A stretch of 64,000 nt of DNA, from NCBI GenBank assembly GCA_045863335.1, contig BTVY01000020.1, forward strand, positions 1 to 64,000, written 5' to 3'. The translations under genes and the position numbers were made by a program. The notes under the pieces were generated by a model. That model saw only the letters and a program-made list of their open reading frames with translations, had not been told where the DNA came from and did not search any database. This DNA is from Candidatus Hydrogenedentota bacterium. Its GTDB lineage: Bacteria; Hydrogenedentota; Hydrogenedentia; Hydrogenedentales; SLHB01. Below, one piece after another: positions 17,698 to 28,248 of the stretch (its first letter is position 1; the number at the start of each line of letters is the position of its first letter).

Positions 17698-20600
17698 ATG
17701 GCAAACGTAAAACTCTATACAGGCACCTCATCATCATCGCGCACGCTGACAATCGATCGCATCATGCGCGAGCGCTGGGGGAAAGCCCTCCTTGTCGTGC
17801 CGACCCGTACCGAGGCCCGACAACGCCTTGAAAGACTCCTCCTTGACAGCGAACTGCCCGGCGCGTGGGGCGCGCCTGTACTCACGCTGGAAGATCTCGC
17901 GGCGCAGATACTCACAGATGCAGGCATCCGCGCGCATCGCATCGGCGCTATGGAACGGCGCATGCTCGTGGAAGGCGTGGTCCGCCGCCTCACCGACGAA
18001 GGCAAACTGACGGACCTAGGCGACGCGGCCACCTCTCCCGGATTCATCAATCACATCTTGGGCGTTATCACGCAACTCAAACAGGCGGCCGCCGAACCGG
18101 AACATTTCAGAAACGTGATCGGAACGCGCCGGCGGGCATCGTGGCTAGATCCCATCGTCGCCGCAGTATACGAAGGTTATCAGGAAGCGTTGATCCGCAG
18201 CCTCAGCTACGACCGCGTGGGCATCTACTGGCGGGCCGAACTCGCAGCACGAGAAACGCGTCCTCCACGACTTATCGGCATCGATACGCTCATTCTGGAT
18301 GATTTCGAAGACTTTACCCTGTCCGAGTTCCGGCTCCTTCAGGCCTTGGAGCCCCTGGTCAGCGACATGATCCTGGGACTCGATGCAGACCTGGAGGAAC
18401 CGAGCCGGCAGGACCTCTTCGAAATACAGCGAGACACGCTCAAAGCGATCCGAAAAGTGTGGCCGTCCGTAGAAATTGAGAATTTGCCAACGCCCCCTCC
18501 AACAACGTTCACCGAGTATCTCGCCCACGATATCTTCTGGAGACAACAGCCCGCCTCGCCCGAAGGGCTGCGCGCGAACGCGGAGATCGTGGCGTGCCCT
18601 GACCTGCGGCAGGAGATCGAATACGTCGGTCGTCGCATCAAGACCCTCGTGAACGAACAGAAGACGCCCTTGGACCGAATCGCGATAGTGTTTCGGGATA
18701 TCCAATCCGTAGCAACGGAGGTCCGTACCGTATTCGCAGAATTCGGTGTGCCGATTCGTGTCGACTGTCCAGATTCACTCGAAGCCACGCCGCTCGCCGC
18801 ATTTGTCCTGAATCTCTTCGAAGCCTGCCGGTCTTGGGCGCGCGAAGCCGTGCTCGACGTCATAACATCGCCGTGGTTCGCCGCCGGTGCCGCACCCCAA
18901 GCCCAGATCGATCTCTTCTCGCTCCTTGCCCGGCGGGCCGGGATTATCGAAGGACGAAATGAATGGATGGACGGTTTGGACCGGCTCCATAAGCAAATCC
19001 GCAACCTCGAAGACGACGGAGAATCCAGTTTTCGCATCCTGCCTCGCATGGAGGAAGCGCTGCTTGTACTCCGCGCACGCCTCGACACGCTGGACGCGAT
19101 AGCGCAGGCCCTGCCCCGACGCGACACGATCGCGGCGTTTATCGCGGCGCTGGCGGAGTGCCTTCGCCGTTGCGGATGCGGCCAGGAAGCAACGGTCCAT
19201 ATGCCACCGTGGGATCGCGAACGTGCGGACTCGTCGTGGCGAGCGTTGAATGCGGCACTCGGCCGCGTGGACGCGTGGTATCGTCGCACCGGAAGCGCCG
19301 CTTCCATTAGACTGGACGAGTTCGTCGTCGTGTTGCAGAATGCTTTATGCGATTCCGAACTCGATCTCAATGGACTCGGCGGCGTTGCATGCCGCGGCGC
19401 GGATGCCCTCCGAAGCACAACCTACGATTACATATTTCTCTGCGGCATGAACGAAGGCGAGTTCCCGCGCCCGCCGTCCATCGGCGCAATCTACACGGAT
19501 GACGATGTATCGGATCTCGAGGAACACAGCATTCAATTAGACACGAAGCAACGCCATGCGTCTCGCGAGATGCTCGCTTTTCATCACGTCCTCCGCGCGG
19601 CGAAGGAACACCTCGTGATGACCTGGCACGGACAAATCCAGGACGGCCGAGCCGCCAGTCCGAGCCCTTTTCTCGCGGACGCGTTGGAAATGCTCAACGA
19701 CTTGGGAGTGGAGTGCGCCAGGCCGGATCCCCCTGTATTCGTACCAATGCCGGAGTGCGTTGCAAGCGAGCGTGACGTCCGCAATGCCGCCTTTGCGCGG
19801 AGTGCGACACTTCGGGATCGCCACAGGAGCGACTTCAAGTATGCAATCGACGCGCTCTCCGTAGAGACCGCGCGGCAGGAAAGCGGCGGGTTCGACGTAT
19901 ACGACGGCGTTCTGGCGGACAAGAAGCTAATCGAACTCATTGCAGAACAATTCGGCTCAGACCATGAGTTCAGCGTCAATCAATTGGAGATGTACGCAAA
20001 CTGCCCCTTCCAATTCTTCCTGGCGCGAATACTCAATGTGTCCGTCGAGGAGGAACCCGGCACGGGTTTCGATCCTCTCGTGCGCGGCAGCATCCTTCAT
20101 GATGTGCTCCAAGCCTTTCACCGCGAGTTCACCGGACTACCCGTTTCGGACATTGCGGAAGCAGACGCCGAAGCCGCTATGCTGCGTCATCTCGACGACG
20201 TCTTTGCCCACCGCGCCTACCAGAGCACGAATACGCCCCCAAAAGCAGCCGAAGTGGAGCGGGCGCGTTTGACCGTGCTACTCGAACGTTACCTCACGAT
20301 CGCGCGTGATTCCGATGAAGCGATCTGGGCGCCAAGCCATTTCGAGGTGTCCTTCGGGAGTGGACGCGGAACGAGCGAAGACCCCTTGAGCACGGCAGAG
20401 CCCTTCGAACTCTCCACGAAAATCGGTCCGGTTCTCTTCAGCGGACGAATTGACCGGATTGATCGGCACGGAAACGACACGCGTATCGTCGATTACAAGA
20501 CCTCGGTCTACGCCCAGCAGTCGGATATCGAAGCCGGCGTCTCGATTCAGTTGCCCTTGTACGCGTTGGCCCTCGAAGAACACCTCGCTCCGGACACCAC

Positions 20601-20844
20601 CTGCACGGACGCGCGGTTCGTCCAGATTGGCGCTAAGAAATCCCTGCAAGGACTGTATTCAAAAACGGTAACCTGGGAAGAACGCCGGGAGAAGATTCGA
20701 GAGCAAGTCGCCGCGCTGGTGCAGGGTATCCGCGATGGCCGTTTCCCCCCTACGCCCTATCGTGAGATGTGCCGCGACTGCCAGGACCATCGGGCCTGCC
20801 GCTACGAGTCATCGCGCATCGAGCGTAAGGAGTCCAGCGAATGA
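17698..20844 (+). CDS. addB: AddB/RexB-like subunit with C-terminal PD-(D/E)xK nuclease and Fe-S staple
   Basis: Degenerate helicase domains, SVNQLEMYANCPFQFF, RGSILH, GRIDRID...IVDYKT, QLPLYA and C-terminal CRDCQDHRAC. The start is uncertain (17581 or 17698). Confidence 0.85.
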   Translation: MANVKLYTGTSSSSRTLTIDRIMRERWGKALLVVPTRTEARQRLERLLLDSELPGAWGAPVLTLEDLAAQILTDAGIRAHRIGAMERRMLVEGVVRRLTDEGKLTDLGDAATSPGFINHILGVITQLKQAAAEPEHFRNVIGTRRRASWLDPIVAAVYEGYQEALIRSLSYDRVGIYWRAELAARETRPPRLIGIDTLILDDFEDFTLSEFRLLQALEPLVSDMILGLDADLEEPSRQDLFEIQRDTLKAIRKVWPSVEIENLPTPPPTTFTEYLAHDIFWRQQPASPEGLRANAEIVACPDLRQEIEYVGRRIKTLVNEQKTPLDRIAIVFRDIQSVATEVRTVFAEFGVPIRVDCPDSLEATPLAAFVLNLFEACRSWAREAVLDVITSPWFAAGAAPQAQIDLFSLLARRAGIIEGRNEWMDGLDRLHKQIRNLEDDGESSFRILPRMEEALLVLRARLDTLDAIAQALPRRDTIAAFIAALAECLRRCGCGQEATVHMPPWDRERADSSWRALNAALGRVDAWYRRTGSAASIRLDEFVVVLQNALCDSELDLNGLGGVACRGADALRSTTYDYIFLCGMNEGEFPRPPSIGAIYTDDDVSDLEEHSIQLDTKQRHASREMLAFHHVLRAAKEHLVMTWHGQIQDGRAASPSPFLADALEMLNDLGVECARPDPPVFVPMPECVASERDVRNAAFARSATLRDRHRSDFKYAIDALSVETARQESGGFDVYDGVLADKKLIELIAEQFGSDHEFSVNQLEMYANCPFQFFLARILNVSVEEEPGTGFDPLVRGSILHDVLQAFHREFTGLPVSDIAEADAEAAMLRHLDDVFAHRAYQSTNTPPKAAEVERARLTVLLERYLTIARDSDEAIWAPSHFEVSFGSGRGTSEDPLSTAEPFELSTKIGPVLFSGRIDRIDRHGNDTRIVDYKTSVYAQQSDIEAGVSIQLPLYALALEEHLAPDTTCTDARFVQIGAKKSLQGLYSKTVTWEERREKIREQVAALVQGIRDGRFPPTPYREMCRDCQDHRACRYESSRIERKESSE

Positions 20845-23800
20845 CGCGCACAAAGGAACAACGGCGCGCCATCGAGACCTACGACAAGAGCCTGTGTGTC
20901 GACGCGGGCGCGGGGTCAGGCAAGACCAGCGTGCTCGTGGACCGCATTCTCTATTTGCTCGAGCACCGCCATGCGACGCTCGATCAGATCGTGGCGATTA
21001 CCTTCACCGACAAAGCCGCGGCGGAGATGAAAGAGCGTCTACGAAGCGCGTGCCGCAAAAAGGCGCTGGACGCCGATCCCGAAACGCTGACCTTCTGGCG
21101 TCGCATCGAACGCCGTCTCGAATCGGCGCGCATTTCGACCATCCATTCCTTCTGCATGGGGCTGCTCAAGGTACATGCCCTAAGCCTCAAGCAGGATCCC
21201 GACTTCGGGATACTCACCGAACCCGAATCGCACTTGCTGCGATTGGAAGTCGTCGAACAAACCTTTCACACCCTCATCGAGGACGGCGATCCCGCCATAA
21301 TCCGGCTGGCAACGGAGTGCCGCCAGACGGAACTATTCGACATGTTGCGCATGATGCTGAACGACCGGAGCGTCCTCGCCCGCATTACGGAAGAACACGA
21401 TGTTTCCGGCGCGGACACCCTTCTCGCTGATTGGAATCGCGTCGTCCAGGCGCACGTGGAGAAGCAGAACGCAACGTTGGCGGCATCGTCCATGTTTACG
21501 GAAGCCGCCCGCGAGCTGGAAGCGCTGGCGGGACAGTGCCCGGATCCGACGGAGCGCCGCGAGACCCTGAGAAGCTCCTTAGTCGCCGAGTTGAATCGTG
21601 CAACGCAGGCAGCATCCAACGACGTGCGCGAATCGGCGTTCGCAGCCATATCCGCGCTGAACGCCATCGGTGGAAGCAAGAAGAAGTGGGCGTCGGAAGA
21701 CGCGTATGATCGCGTTCGCGACATCATGAACGACGTTAAGAAGGCGATCGGCTCGCAATACCTCACGCCGGTCGATGAAAAACACACCGAACGCGCGGCC
21801 GCGCTCACGGCAGACCTGTTCCGCGTATACAGGAGTATTGCCGATGCGCTTCAAGAGGCAAAACAGGCTCGCAACGCCTACGACTTCGAAGACCTCATTG
21901 CGCAGACACTGCAGGTTTTGCGCGATGACCGCCGAGGCGATGATTCAGTTCGCGCGCGCGTGGCACGGACTATTAAATTCTTGCTCATCGACGAGTTTCA
22001 GGATACCGATTCCGTTCAACTCGAAATCGCGCGCTTACTCGGTGACGTGGACGGCGGTCCACAGCTCTTTATCGTCGGCGACGCGAAGCAGTCCATCTAC
22101 TACTTCCGCGGCGCCGAAGTTGAGGTGTTCCGGTCCGCCCGGGAGGGGGCCGACGAGATCATCCGCATGGATCAGAACTTTCGCTCCTTGCCAGACGTTC
22201 TCACCTTCGTGAATGACTTCTTCAGCCGGTCGTGTCTCCTCAAGGATGTGGAAGACCCCTATGGCCCCATGCGCTGGCACCGGAACTCGGACGGCGGCTG
22301 CCACATCGAGTTCCTGATTCCTGATACAATCGAAAACGCGAAGGCCCCCGATTATCGCGATGCCGAAGCCGCGCTTCTCGCGAACCGGTTACTGAATATG
22401 TGCTCGGGTCCGTCGCCGGTACAAGTTTCCGACAAGGACACGTATCGCAACGCTTCCTTTGGCGATGCGGCCATTCTTTTGCGGTCATTTAGCGACGTGT
22501 ACCGCTATGAGCGGGCCCTTCGTCAGGCCGGCGTCCCCTATGTCGTCGTGTCCGGCACTGGTTTCTACGAGCGCCAGGAAGTCCTCGATCTGCGAAACCT
22601 GCTGACCGTCCTCGTCGACCCCTGGAATGAAATGGCGCTGCTCGCCGTCCTCCGGGGCCCCGTCGCTGCGCTGTCCGACGAAGCGCTGGTGCGCCTGTCC
22701 GGCTTTCCCGCGCGAGGCCATGGTCTGGCGGCGGCATTCTACAGCACAGCCTTGACCGGTGACGCCGAGCAGGATGAGCGTCTCACGCGGACACGCAAGC
22801 TTCTCGCCGAGCTACGCGATTCGCGCGACTTGCCGTTGAATACCCTCGTTCATCACGTGCTCGACCGTTCGGGATTGGAGGCCGTAGTTCTCGGACAGTT
22901 TCTGGGCGTCCAACGAGCCATGAATCTGCGTAAGGTTGCCAATCTCGCGTCTGCATTCGCGCGGACTCAGAACCCGACCTTGGCTTCCTTCGTGCGCTAC
23001 CTGGGCGACGTCGCGTCGACCGCCATTCGCGAAGGCGAAGCGGACGCCGGTGCGGAGGCAGGCAATGCAGTGTCCATCATGACGGTGCACAAGTCCAAAG
23101 GGTTGGAGTTCCCCATCGTCGCCATAGCGGACATGGGCCGCGATACCCGGGGTGGCAATCGTGGCGCCCTGGCCCACCACCGCGCCATGGGCATTGCCCT
23201 CAAGGTAACCGATGACCAGGGTGAACGAGTCGCGCCGCCCATTCACCAATGCATCGTGCAGATGAAGACCTCCGAAGAACTCGCCGAACAGGCGCGCGTG
23301 CTGTACGTGGCCATGACGCGCGCGCGCGATTACCTCCTGCTATGCGGACCTCCGGATGCAAAGAAGGAGACACAATGGTTGACCGCGTTTGACAAGGAGT
23401 ATGCGCTCTTCAACCGCGAGGACGGCGCGGAATTCGCCGGCACGGGCTGGCGGGCCCAGGTGCGGCGTCGCGGGACACCCGTCCATGTCCAAGCGGACCG
23501 CGCCGAGGAACCGCACGTCCCGGAACCGTCGGTGATCGCGGCGCGCATCGCTGCCGTTCCCATACCGGAGTCGACAGGGATCTCTCTCGCCGTAACGACT
23601 GCGCTGGGAGCGCTCGACGACCGCGAGCATGACCAGGACGAGCACCTTGCGGCGGGTCGAGGTGATGCCGCAGCACGAGGGACTCTGATCCACCGCTTTC
23701 TGGAACTCTGGGATTTTGCAGCAACCCCGAACGACCTCATCGAGGAACTGCTTCTCGCGGAATGTCCGGAACGCGAGCTACGCGCGCGTCTCCATGAGGA

Positions 23801-24209
23801 ACTCCCGATTCTCGCGTCCCGGATTGTAGAATCCGAGGTTGGCATGTTGATACGTGAAAGCGCTACGCGCCTCCGGGAAGTGCCTTTCGCCCTGCGCATG
23901 GAGAGCCGCCTGTTACGCGGTACCGTCGATCTTATCCTCGACGACGGCACAATCATTGACTACAAGACCGGACGCCGGACTCCGGAGAACCACGCAAAGT
24001 ACGAGCGGCAACTGCGCATCTATGCCGCCGCGTCGCGTGGCCTGGGGAATCATGCCCCAACGCGCGCTTATCTGCTCTACCTTGATGACGCCTCGAACGA
24101 TTGGCTGGCCGAAGTGGACATCGCCCTACCTCTGGTCGAGGCGACAATTCAGGAACTCCGTTCAGACTGGCGCGATCTCCAAACCGGCGTTGTGGCTCAA
24201 TCCTCATGA
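20841..24209 (+). CDS. addA: AddA/RexA-like UvrD-family helicase-nuclease
   Basis: AGAGSGKT, AITFTDKAAAEMKER, TIHSFC, IDEFQDT, VGDAKQSIYYFRGA, MTVHKSKGLEF and LYVAMTRA. C-terminal RecB-type nuclease GTVDL...IIDYKTG...QLRIYA. Confidence 0.92.
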   Translation: MTRTKEQRRAIETYDKSLCVDAGAGSGKTSVLVDRILYLLEHRHATLDQIVAITFTDKAAAEMKERLRSACRKKALDADPETLTFWRRIERRLESARISTIHSFCMGLLKVHALSLKQDPDFGILTEPESHLLRLEVVEQTFHTLIEDGDPAIIRLATECRQTELFDMLRMMLNDRSVLARITEEHDVSGADTLLADWNRVVQAHVEKQNATLAASSMFTEAARELEALAGQCPDPTERRETLRSSLVAELNRATQAASNDVRESAFAAISALNAIGGSKKKWASEDAYDRVRDIMNDVKKAIGSQYLTPVDEKHTERAAALTADLFRVYRSIADALQEAKQARNAYDFEDLIAQTLQVLRDDRRGDDSVRARVARTIKFLLIDEFQDTDSVQLEIARLLGDVDGGPQLFIVGDAKQSIYYFRGAEVEVFRSAREGADEIIRMDQNFRSLPDVLTFVNDFFSRSCLLKDVEDPYGPMRWHRNSDGGCHIEFLIPDTIENAKAPDYRDAEAALLANRLLNMCSGPSPVQVSDKDTYRNASFGDAAILLRSFSDVYRYERALRQAGVPYVVVSGTGFYERQEVLDLRNLLTVLVDPWNEMALLAVLRGPVAALSDEALVRLSGFPARGHGLAAAFYSTALTGDAEQDERLTRTRKLLAELRDSRDLPLNTLVHHVLDRSGLEAVVLGQFLGVQRAMNLRKVANLASAFARTQNPTLASFVRYLGDVASTAIREGEADAGAEAGNAVSIMTVHKSKGLEFPIVAIADMGRDTRGGNRGALAHHRAMGIALKVTDDQGERVAPPIHQCIVQMKTSEELAEQARVLYVAMTRARDYLLLCGPPDAKKETQWLTAFDKEYALFNREDGAEFAGTGWRAQVRRRGTPVHVQADRAEEPHVPEPSVIAARIAAVPIPESTGISLAVTTALGALDDREHDQDEHLAAGRGDAAARGTLIHRFLELWDFAATPNDLIEELLLAECPERELRARLHEELPILASRIVESEVGMLIRESATRLREVPFALRMESRLLRGTVDLILDDGTIIDYKTGRRTPENHAKYERQLRIYAAASRGLGNHAPTRAYLLYLDDASNDWLAEVDIALPLVEATIQELRSDWRDLQTGVVAQSS

Positions 24210-25171
24210 GGCGGCTTCCCGCAGCGCTCGTGTTTGCAAGCATCGTCTTGTGTTCCATCACCGGCGCGGCCGTGATTGAATCGCCCCCTTTCCGCATCAC
24301 CTTTCCCGAGGAATGGAGCGAGCTTGCCCACGAAAGCCTCGCGACCCTCGAAGGAAGCTTGAACCAGTACGGTGACCGGTTGCCCGCGAACAATGCGCCG
24401 ATCCTCGTTCATATCTGCGGCACGCACGGCGAATTCGCGCGCTTCGCAGGCAGCCTCAGCCAATCTTCCGTCTCCGGCGTGGCCCTGCCGGAATCGGGCG
24501 TCATCGCCGTCAAAACGCCGGATATCACACGCGGCGGCTCAGACTATATGGGCACGCTGCGCCACGAGTTGATCCACGTATTGCTGGCGCGGAACTCCGG
24601 GGGCGACAATCTGCCGCGCTGGCTCAACGAGGGAATCGCCATGATGGTTTCCGGCGAACACCGCATTGGAAGCGCGATCCACGTGGGTCAGATGTACGTG
24701 CAGGGCCGGCTCATCCCCTACAAAGATCTCTTCTTCGTATTTTTGGAGCCGGGCAAGGAACTCGAGTTCGGCGATGCCTACGCCCAAGCGCTATCCATGA
24801 CGCGCTTCCTCCACGAACGCTTGGGCGATGACGCGTTCTGGCGTGTGGTGCATGCCACAAAGACAATGACTTTTGGCGATGCCCTTCGCGCCGAAGCAGG
24901 CATCTCGCCAACAGACTTCTACGACGACTGGGTCCGATCCCTGTGGCGGGTCGCCCTGGTCTTCTCGCTCATCTCCGGGTTCTCCGTGTTTCAGCTCATG
25001 GCGATCTTGACCGTTGTCGCGTATCTCCGCAAGCGCCGGAGGGGACAGCAAACCCTTCGCGATTGGGAGGAGGAAGACGAAGACGACGCTTTGGAGGAAC
25101 CGGACCCGGACCTCACACCCTGGGACGAAGAGGAACTGCGCCTCGAAGAGGAGGACGACGAGTGGCGCTAG
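24206..25171 (+). CDS. Peptidase MA-like zinc metallopeptidase with signal peptide, C-terminal TM and acidic tail
   Basis: HELIH (HExxH) followed by LPRWLNEGIA. ATGA overlap with addA. Confidence 0.82.
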   Translation: MRRLPAALVFASIVLCSITGAAVIESPPFRITFPEEWSELAHESLATLEGSLNQYGDRLPANNAPILVHICGTHGEFARFAGSLSQSSVSGVALPESGVIAVKTPDITRGGSDYMGTLRHELIHVLLARNSGGDNLPRWLNEGIAMMVSGEHRIGSAIHVGQMYVQGRLIPYKDLFFVFLEPGKELEFGDAYAQALSMTRFLHERLGDDAFWRVVHATKTMTFGDALRAEAGISPTDFYDDWVRSLWRVALVFSLISGFSVFQLMAILTVVAYLRKRRRGQQTLRDWEEEDEDDALEEPDPDLTPWDEEELRLEEEDDEWR

Positions 25172-26136
25172 GACCCGGTAGACCGCGCGTCGCGATCGTC
25201 GGTGCAAGCGGGATCGGCAAGCACCACGCCAAGTGGTGGGATCTCGAAGGCGCTGACGTGTGCGCATTCGCAGGTACTTCGGCTGCCCGCACCGCACAGA
25301 CCGGCAACACCCTTCGCGATTTGTTCGGATTCAACGGCCGCGGATACCGCGACATCGATGCGATGCTCCGCGAAGAGCATCCGGACATCGTGGATATCTG
25401 CTCCCCGCCGCACCTGCACGCCGGCCACTGCGCAAAAGCTTTGGATGCCGGCGCCCACGTTCTCTGCGAAAAGCCGTTCGTCTACGATCCCGCCGTACCC
25501 ACAGACAAGTTACTGGAACAAGCCGCTACCCTGGCCAAACGCGCGGACCGGCTCGGGCTTCGCCTCGGCGTCTGCACCCAGTACAGCGCCGGTGCCCGTA
25601 CGTTTCGAGACCTGTGGCGCCGGGAGTCCGGATCAGAACCACTCCGGAGGTTTCGCGGGCATCTTGAAACACCCGCGCGAGGACGACCTCCCAACCCCAT
25701 CGAGACGTGGATCGATCTGGCCCCCCACCCCATCAGCATGCTGCTCGAAGTCGCGCCGGGCTGCCGTATCGACTGGAACAGTTTGGATGTCGCGTTCGAG
25801 GGACGTACCGCGTGTGCGCGCTTTCGCGCAGACGTGCCGGACGGCGGCCGCGTCGACTGTGAACTCGTGACGCGAAACACGGATTCGGAGCACCTGCGTC
25901 AGTGCCACCTGAATGATTGGGAGGTGCGAGTCGAGGGATGTCCCGGAGCCGACGGTGTGTACCGAGCGAAACTGGTCACACAACACGGCCAGACGGAAAC
26001 AGACGATTTCATGCACGCGTTGATTCGCGAATTTCGCAATGGAACCGTTTTACCCGACCTTCGCGTATCCTTGGTAAACCTTACTATTACGCTGCGAATC
26101 CTGCAATTTGCCGTCGAACGGCCAGTAAAGGGATAA
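25162..26136 (+). CDS. Gfo/Idh/MocA-family oxidoreductase
   Basis: VAIVGASGIGKHHA Rossmann motif, DIVDICSPPHLH and HVLCEKP. GTG start after GAGGAG. Confidence 0.85.
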   Translation: MALGPGRPRVAIVGASGIGKHHAKWWDLEGADVCAFAGTSAARTAQTGNTLRDLFGFNGRGYRDIDAMLREEHPDIVDICSPPHLHAGHCAKALDAGAHVLCEKPFVYDPAVPTDKLLEQAATLAKRADRLGLRLGVCTQYSAGARTFRDLWRRESGSEPLRRFRGHLETPARGRPPNPIETWIDLAPHPISMLLEVAPGCRIDWNSLDVAFEGRTACARFRADVPDGGRVDCELVTRNTDSEHLRQCHLNDWEVRVEGCPGADGVYRAKLVTQHGQTETDDFMHALIREFRNGTVLPDLRVSLVNLTITLRILQFAVERPVKG

Positions 26137-26193
26137 TCTTTGTCTTGACACGCGGGTGGTGTTGAACGTGCACGGTAGAAAGAACGGGGCCGA

Positions 26194-28239
26194 ATGAATT
26201 GGTCAGAGTTGAAGGTAAGGCCCGGAAAAGGGCTACCGCTCGGGGCGGTTGTTGACGCTTCCGGAATCCAGTTCTCCATATTCAGCAGAAACGCCACGCG
26301 CGTCTGGCTCTCCCTGTTTGAAAGCCCCGAAGATGAAGCGCCCGCTTATGAATTCATATTCGACCGGAACGCGCACCGTGTCGGCGATGTATGGACGATT
26401 CACATTGAAGGGTTAAGGGCAGGCACGATGTACGCCTACCGCATGGACGGCCCCAAACGGCCCTCGCGCGGGTACCGCTTCAACCAGTCGGATCGCCTCC
26501 TCGATCCCTACGCGCGGGGCTACACGGAGAATCCTGCCCACGGCCGCGCCAAATGCGTAGTCGTCGACGGAGCGCCCTCATGGCAAACCACGGCCCGGCC
26601 GCAGAAGCCCATGAGCCAGAGCATTATTTACGAAGTCCACGTACGCGGGTTCACGGCACACTCCGCCGACGGACAAGTTCAGGGTGGTACATACCGAGAA
26701 GTAATTGAGAAGATCCCCTACCTCCAGGAGCTCGGCGTTACCGCAGTCGAACTCTTGCCCGTTCAGGCCTGCGGAGAAAACACGCTCGCGTGGGTAAATC
26801 CAATAACGAAGAACCCGCTGAACAATTACTGGGGGTACAATACCATCGGCTTCTTTGCACCAAACCCGCGTTACGCAGGGACGCAGAACGCCGCCGAAGT
26901 CATCGCGGAATTCCGCGCGATGGTCGACGCGCTGCACGAAGCCGGCATCGAGGTGATCCTTGACGTCGTATACAACCACACCTCGGAAAAAGGCGGCCCG
27001 GAGCCATCCCAAAGTTTTCGCGGCATCGACAACACCATCTACTATCTCGTCGACGACCACGGCCGATACCGCGATCTCACCGGCTGCGGAAACACGCTGA
27101 ACTGCAACCATCCCGTCGTGCGCGACCTGATTATGGACAGCCTCCGGTATTGGGTCACCGAGATGGGCGTCGATGGGTTCCGTTTTGACCTGGCGTCCAT
27201 CCTGCGCCGCGACCGCGCGGGGCACATGATGTATACAGGTCCATTGGTCGAGCACATGTCGGAATGTCCGATCTTGCGCGACGTAAAGTTGATCGCCGAA
27301 CCCTGGGATATCGCGGGTGGATACCTGGTCGGTTCCTTCGGAGACGAGCAATGGGCCGAGTGGAATGGCCAGTACCGCGACGACGTGCGCAGGTTTTGGC
27401 GGGGCGACAAGGGCATCAAAGGCAATTTCGCCTTACGCCTGACCGGCAGCCCGGATCTCTACGGCGACGACGGCCGAACCCCCTTGCACAGCATCAATTT
27501 CATCACCTGCCACGACGGGTTTACCCTGCGCGATCTCGTGTCCTACAACGAGAAACAGAACGAAGACAACGGCGAAGATAACCGGGACGGAACGAACGAG
27601 AATTTCAGTTGGAACTGCGGCAAGGAAGGCGAAGTCGACGATCCTGCCGTAAACGCGTTGCGCTTGCGCATGCAGAAGAACTATCTCGCCACGCTCTTCC
27701 TCTCCCTCGGCGTTCCCATGCTGCTCGGGGGCGACGAATTCGGGCGCACGCAACGGGGCAACAACAACGCCTACTGCCAGGACAACCCCATCTCCTGGTT
27801 CGATTGGGCGCTACTCGAAAAGAACCGCGAACTGTTCGAGTTCTGCAAACGGCTAATTCGTTTCCGTCACGAGAACCCAGTGTTCGCGCGACGGACCTAT
27901 TTCACCGGCCGCCCCAGTAAACCGGGCGCGGACGCCGACCTGCTCTGGTTCGACGCGGAAGGTACGCCCCAGATGTGGACGCCCGAGGACCCGTCCCTCG
28001 CGTGCATGATTAACGGAACGGAAAACGGCGGCGTATGCCTGTACCTCATGTTCAACCCCTCTTCCAAGGTCATCCCGTTTACCGTGCCCGAGCGGCACTG
28101 GCGGGTGCGGATCGATACCGCTACGACAGGTCCCGGCGACATTGTGGAGGCGGAAGAAGCGCGACGCCTTCAGGCAGGACGGAAGATGGTCGTGGAGAAA
28201 AAGTCGTTACGCGTGTTGTCGTGCCACCCCGACGGATGA
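26194..28239 (+). CDS. glgX: Glycogen debranching enzyme (GH13 isoamylase)
   Basis: IIYEVHVRGFT, NYWGYNT, DVVYNH, GFRFDLA, AEPWD, TCHDGFTL and GNNNAYCQDN. Confidence 0.96.
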   Translation: MNWSELKVRPGKGLPLGAVVDASGIQFSIFSRNATRVWLSLFESPEDEAPAYEFIFDRNAHRVGDVWTIHIEGLRAGTMYAYRMDGPKRPSRGYRFNQSDRLLDPYARGYTENPAHGRAKCVVVDGAPSWQTTARPQKPMSQSIIYEVHVRGFTAHSADGQVQGGTYREVIEKIPYLQELGVTAVELLPVQACGENTLAWVNPITKNPLNNYWGYNTIGFFAPNPRYAGTQNAAEVIAEFRAMVDALHEAGIEVILDVVYNHTSEKGGPEPSQSFRGIDNTIYYLVDDHGRYRDLTGCGNTLNCNHPVVRDLIMDSLRYWVTEMGVDGFRFDLASILRRDRAGHMMYTGPLVEHMSECPILRDVKLIAEPWDIAGGYLVGSFGDEQWAEWNGQYRDDVRRFWRGDKGIKGNFALRLTGSPDLYGDDGRTPLHSINFITCHDGFTLRDLVSYNEKQNEDNGEDNRDGTNENFSWNCGKEGEVDDPAVNALRLRMQKNYLATLFLSLGVPMLLGGDEFGRTQRGNNNAYCQDNPISWFDWALLEKNRELFEFCKRLIRFRHENPVFARRTYFTGRPSKPGADADLLWFDAEGTPQMWTPEDPSLACMINGTENGGVCLYLMFNPSSKVIPFTVPERHWRVRIDTATTGPGDIVEAEEARRLQAGRKMVVEKKSLRVLSCHPDG

Positions 28240-28248
28240 CGCGCTGGA

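Noticed and set aside
17698-24209. The helicase/nuclease pair, with its Cas4-like Fe-S nuclease, as an anti-phage or CRISPR-associated system
   Set aside because: Size, motif order and the addB-addA overlap fit housekeeping AddAB. Composition is genome-typical and there is no defence-island context.
26145-26180. TTGACA upstream of glgX as a sigma70 promoter
   Set aside because: There is no credible -10 hexamer 16-18 nt downstream.
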